Of a stretch of DNA of 64,000 bases, positions 61,385-64,000 are shown piece by piece (within the stretch, counting starts at the first letter, position 1; each line of letters begins with the position of its first letter). Below the pieces are notes generated by a model. That model did no database searches, was not told the origin of the DNA, and saw only the letters and a program-made list of their open reading frames with translations. Source of the stretch: Ylistrum balloti. Its lineage: Eukaryota. Both the position numbers and the translations under genes were made by a program. Where the stretch lies: positions 434,001 to 498,000 of the forward strand of contig NW_026782264.1 of the NCBI RefSeq assembly GCF_031769215.1, written 5' to 3'.

Positions 61385-62220
61385 CTGTATGATGAAAGTG
61401 AGTTGTACTATATAATGATAGTGAGTTGTACTGTACAACGATAGTGATGAGTACTATATAATGATAGTGAGCTGTACTATATCATGAGAGTGAGCTGTAC
61501 TATATAATGATAGTGAACTGTATTATATAATGATAGTGAGCTGTACTATATAATGACAGTAAGCTGTACTATATAATGATAGTGAGCTGTATTATATAAT
61601 GATAGTGAGCTGTTCTATATAATGATAGTGAGCTGTACTACATAATGATAGTGAGCTGTTCTATATAATGATAGTGCGCTGTGCTACATAATGATAGTGA
61701 GCTGTACTATATAATGATAGTGAGCTGTATAATATAATGATAGTGAGCTGTATTATATAATGATAGTGAGCTGCACTATATAATAACAGTAAGCTGTACT
61801 ATAAAATGATAGTGAACTGTATTATATAATGATAGTGAGCTGTCCTATTTAATGAAAGTGAGATGTATTACATAATGATAGTGAGCTGTCCTATTTATTG
61901 ATAGTGAGCTGTACTATATAATGACAGTGAACTGTATTATATAATAATAGTGAGCTGTACTGTATAATGATAGTGAGCTGTACTGTATAAGGATAGTGAG
62001 CTGTACTGTATAATGATAGTGAACTGTATTGTATAATGATAGTGAGCTGTACTATATAATGAAAGTGAGCTGTATTATATAATGATAGTGAGCTGTACTA
62101 TATAATGATAGTGAGCTGTATTATATAATGATAGTGAGCTGTCCTATTTAATGACAGTGAACTGTATTATATAATGATAGTGAGCTGTACTGTATAATGA
62201 TAGTGAGCTGTACTGTATAA
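61385..62220. repeat. 23-bp minisatellite, ~36 copies
   Basis: Unit TGATAGTGAGCTGTACTATATAA. Confidence 0.96.
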
Positions 62221-62504
62221 CGGTAAATTAAGGATGAGCATGCTATTCTTTTGCAGGTGAAAGAGTTCAATCCAGGAACTGTTACGACATTTTCTTTCTC
62301 ACTAAACCGTAAGCAACAACACTTCATAGCAAACAAGGTCGAAATAATGAAGGTGTAACTGGAATGTAAAAATTGCGTCTAGTCTGAATTAAAATTCTCT
62401 CAAAATGACTGGTCTTGTACCAAAATGTCAAACGTGTTGGGGTTTTTTTCTTTTCTTGTAGAATCCTAACCGTTGTGGCCATTGACAGCTGTACTTTGCC
62501 AATT

Positions 62505-62720
62505 TGTTTATTTGGGATTTTACGTCCTCACATCAGCTGCAGGCATATAAAGACGGTGCCAAGAAACGATGAGGTCATCCAACGACATTTTTATAGAGTG
62601 TCTAAATCTCAACTCCTAAAAATAACTCCTCGGCTGAATATTACAGCTGCGCCATAGGGACGCAAACAATATCGGGGCTCACGACCTTTCCATTATCATA
62701 ACCTCGCTGTTCCTTTCGGT
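62505..62720 (-). mobile_element. Possible degenerate SINE
   Basis: Plus-strand GTTTATTTGGGATTTTACGTCCTCACATCAGCTGCAGGCATATAAAGACG resembles the reverse of a bivalve SINE tail recalled from memory. A GC-rich head-like segment lies near 62670-62712. Confidence 0.33.
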
Positions 62721-63769
62721 CTCTCGGGCTCCTAATAAAGACCAATTACACACACATATATATACATATACATATATCTACAGACGAAGCCTGTATCTGA
62801 AGCGAGATTAAAGTTTAATATGTAGATGTACTTCTGGGACATGCGCACTGGTATTGAGTAAAGCAGTGGAAAGTGGACAATAAGAATGAAAATATATGAT
62901 AGAAGGTAAAACGACAACTTTATCTGTTGTTGTCTAATAGTAAGTTTTACGATGAAACATCAACCAAACGAAAAGGATTATTTCAGTGAAAGTTTATATA
63001 AGTAAACTATAAAACAAATATTTTTTTGAGTGATATACAAGTTTTTATGTTGAAAATGTAAGTAATATTTAAACTGAGTTTGAAACCCAAGCTTTGATTT
63101 TTTTTTCATACATTATTGACCAATCAGATCACAGCATTTGCAGCAGAGTAAATCAATTCTCATTGCGCGCATTACGGAACACCACCATTGATAGGTAATG
63201 TCAGGAAACCATCATCACTCTACAGTAATGTATAAAAGCGGTTTTACCTTTCAGTGTAAGAGTAAGACTATTTATCATGTATTCGGTCAGTTCTCCTGTG
63301 AACTTGTCCATGTAAGGTTTTTAATATATCACTAATGTGATTTGCGTTGAAGTCAGAAATCGATCTTATAATATGAACAACCACATTATGTCACACAACA
63401 AATGCCGGTCTCCGTTTGATTTTGTCCTCCATATTTTTACTTTCAAGCCTGATAAAATGCAACTTTTCTGAGTTAAATGGTCAAAAGCGTCTTAATTTTG
63501 TTTTAGTGTAATATGAGATTTGATTAAACAAGACAGGAAAAGATTTCTTTTAGCGAGCCTTGGTGAGCATCAATCAAAACTAAGAGACGAGTGACATGAA
63601 ATAAAAATGAAAATCTGCATAAAATTTCTAATTTAGTCAAAATAGAAAAATAGATTAAAAATTTACATCAATTGAAAATTAAATTAAAATCACTCTCATT
63701 TAAAATTCTAAAAATTTCACGGCAGAAGATATCGGCATGTTAACCTGTTTGTCAATTACATAACACGGC

Positions 63770-63890
63770 ATAATATTATATAGCATTACATAACATAGCA
63801 TTATATATCATTACACAACATAGCATTACATAGCATAGCAGTGCAGTACACAGCATAACATAACATAGCATTACATAATCATATTACAGC
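63770..63890. repeat. Imperfect (CATAA/CATAG/CATTA)n pentanucleotide microsatellite
   Basis: Directly visible. Confidence 0.85.
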
Positions 63891-63891
63891 A

Positions 63892-64000
63892 GGCATAACA
63901 ACAGATCTCCATTCTCACCAAATATCTACTACAGAGGACATAACAACAGATCTCCACTCTCACCAAATATCTACAACACAGGACATAACAACAGATCTCC
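63892..64000. repeat. ~45-bp tandem repeat (runs off the window end)
   Basis: GGACATAACAACAGATCTCCA.TCTCACCAAATATCTAC.AC repeated ~2.4 times. Confidence 0.88.

Noticed and set aside
28569-62220. CRISPR-like appearance of the 23-49-bp repeat arrays
   Set aside because: The units abut with no unique spacers, there are no cas genes, and the context is eukaryotic.
2358-62917. The many 60-100-aa ORFs in the track
   Set aside because: None shows recognisable domains except those overlapping RT relics; their lengths are what chance would produce in 64 kb.

Overview
AT-rich eukaryotic (animal) genomic DNA. It is most likely a bivalve mollusc, possibly a scallop; this is inferred from SINE heads and repeat types recalled from memory, not from a search. 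One convincing protein-coding gene is present: a RASL10-family small GTPase (53158-53793, +), with an intronless CDS preceded by a splice acceptor. About a fifth of the window (my rough sum is ~13.5 kb) is micro- or minisatellite, and most long ORFs in the ORF track are translation artefacts of these arrays. The rest carries decayed retroelements: several Naiad-type Penelope-like (PLE) RT and 3'UTR relics, tRNA-derived SINE heads, and a Helentron-type non-autonomous element. The main discovery is a family of minimal type I hammerhead ribozymes (CUGANGA-stem II-GAAA, palindromic ACAGCUGU stem III, GUA cleavage site). It occurs as five dispersed copies and as two head-to-tail arrays with a 45-bp unit (30198-30377 and 56703-57073, minus strand). 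In the arrays, each unit junction can fold into a complete type III hammerhead with an 8-bp stem III, so tandemisation could create active ribozymes that release 45- or 90-nt RNAs. Two further satellites appear to be seeded from PLE sequence: one from the RT active-site segment and one from a 3'UTR motif. No prokaryotic features, CRISPR arrays or rRNA genes were found.
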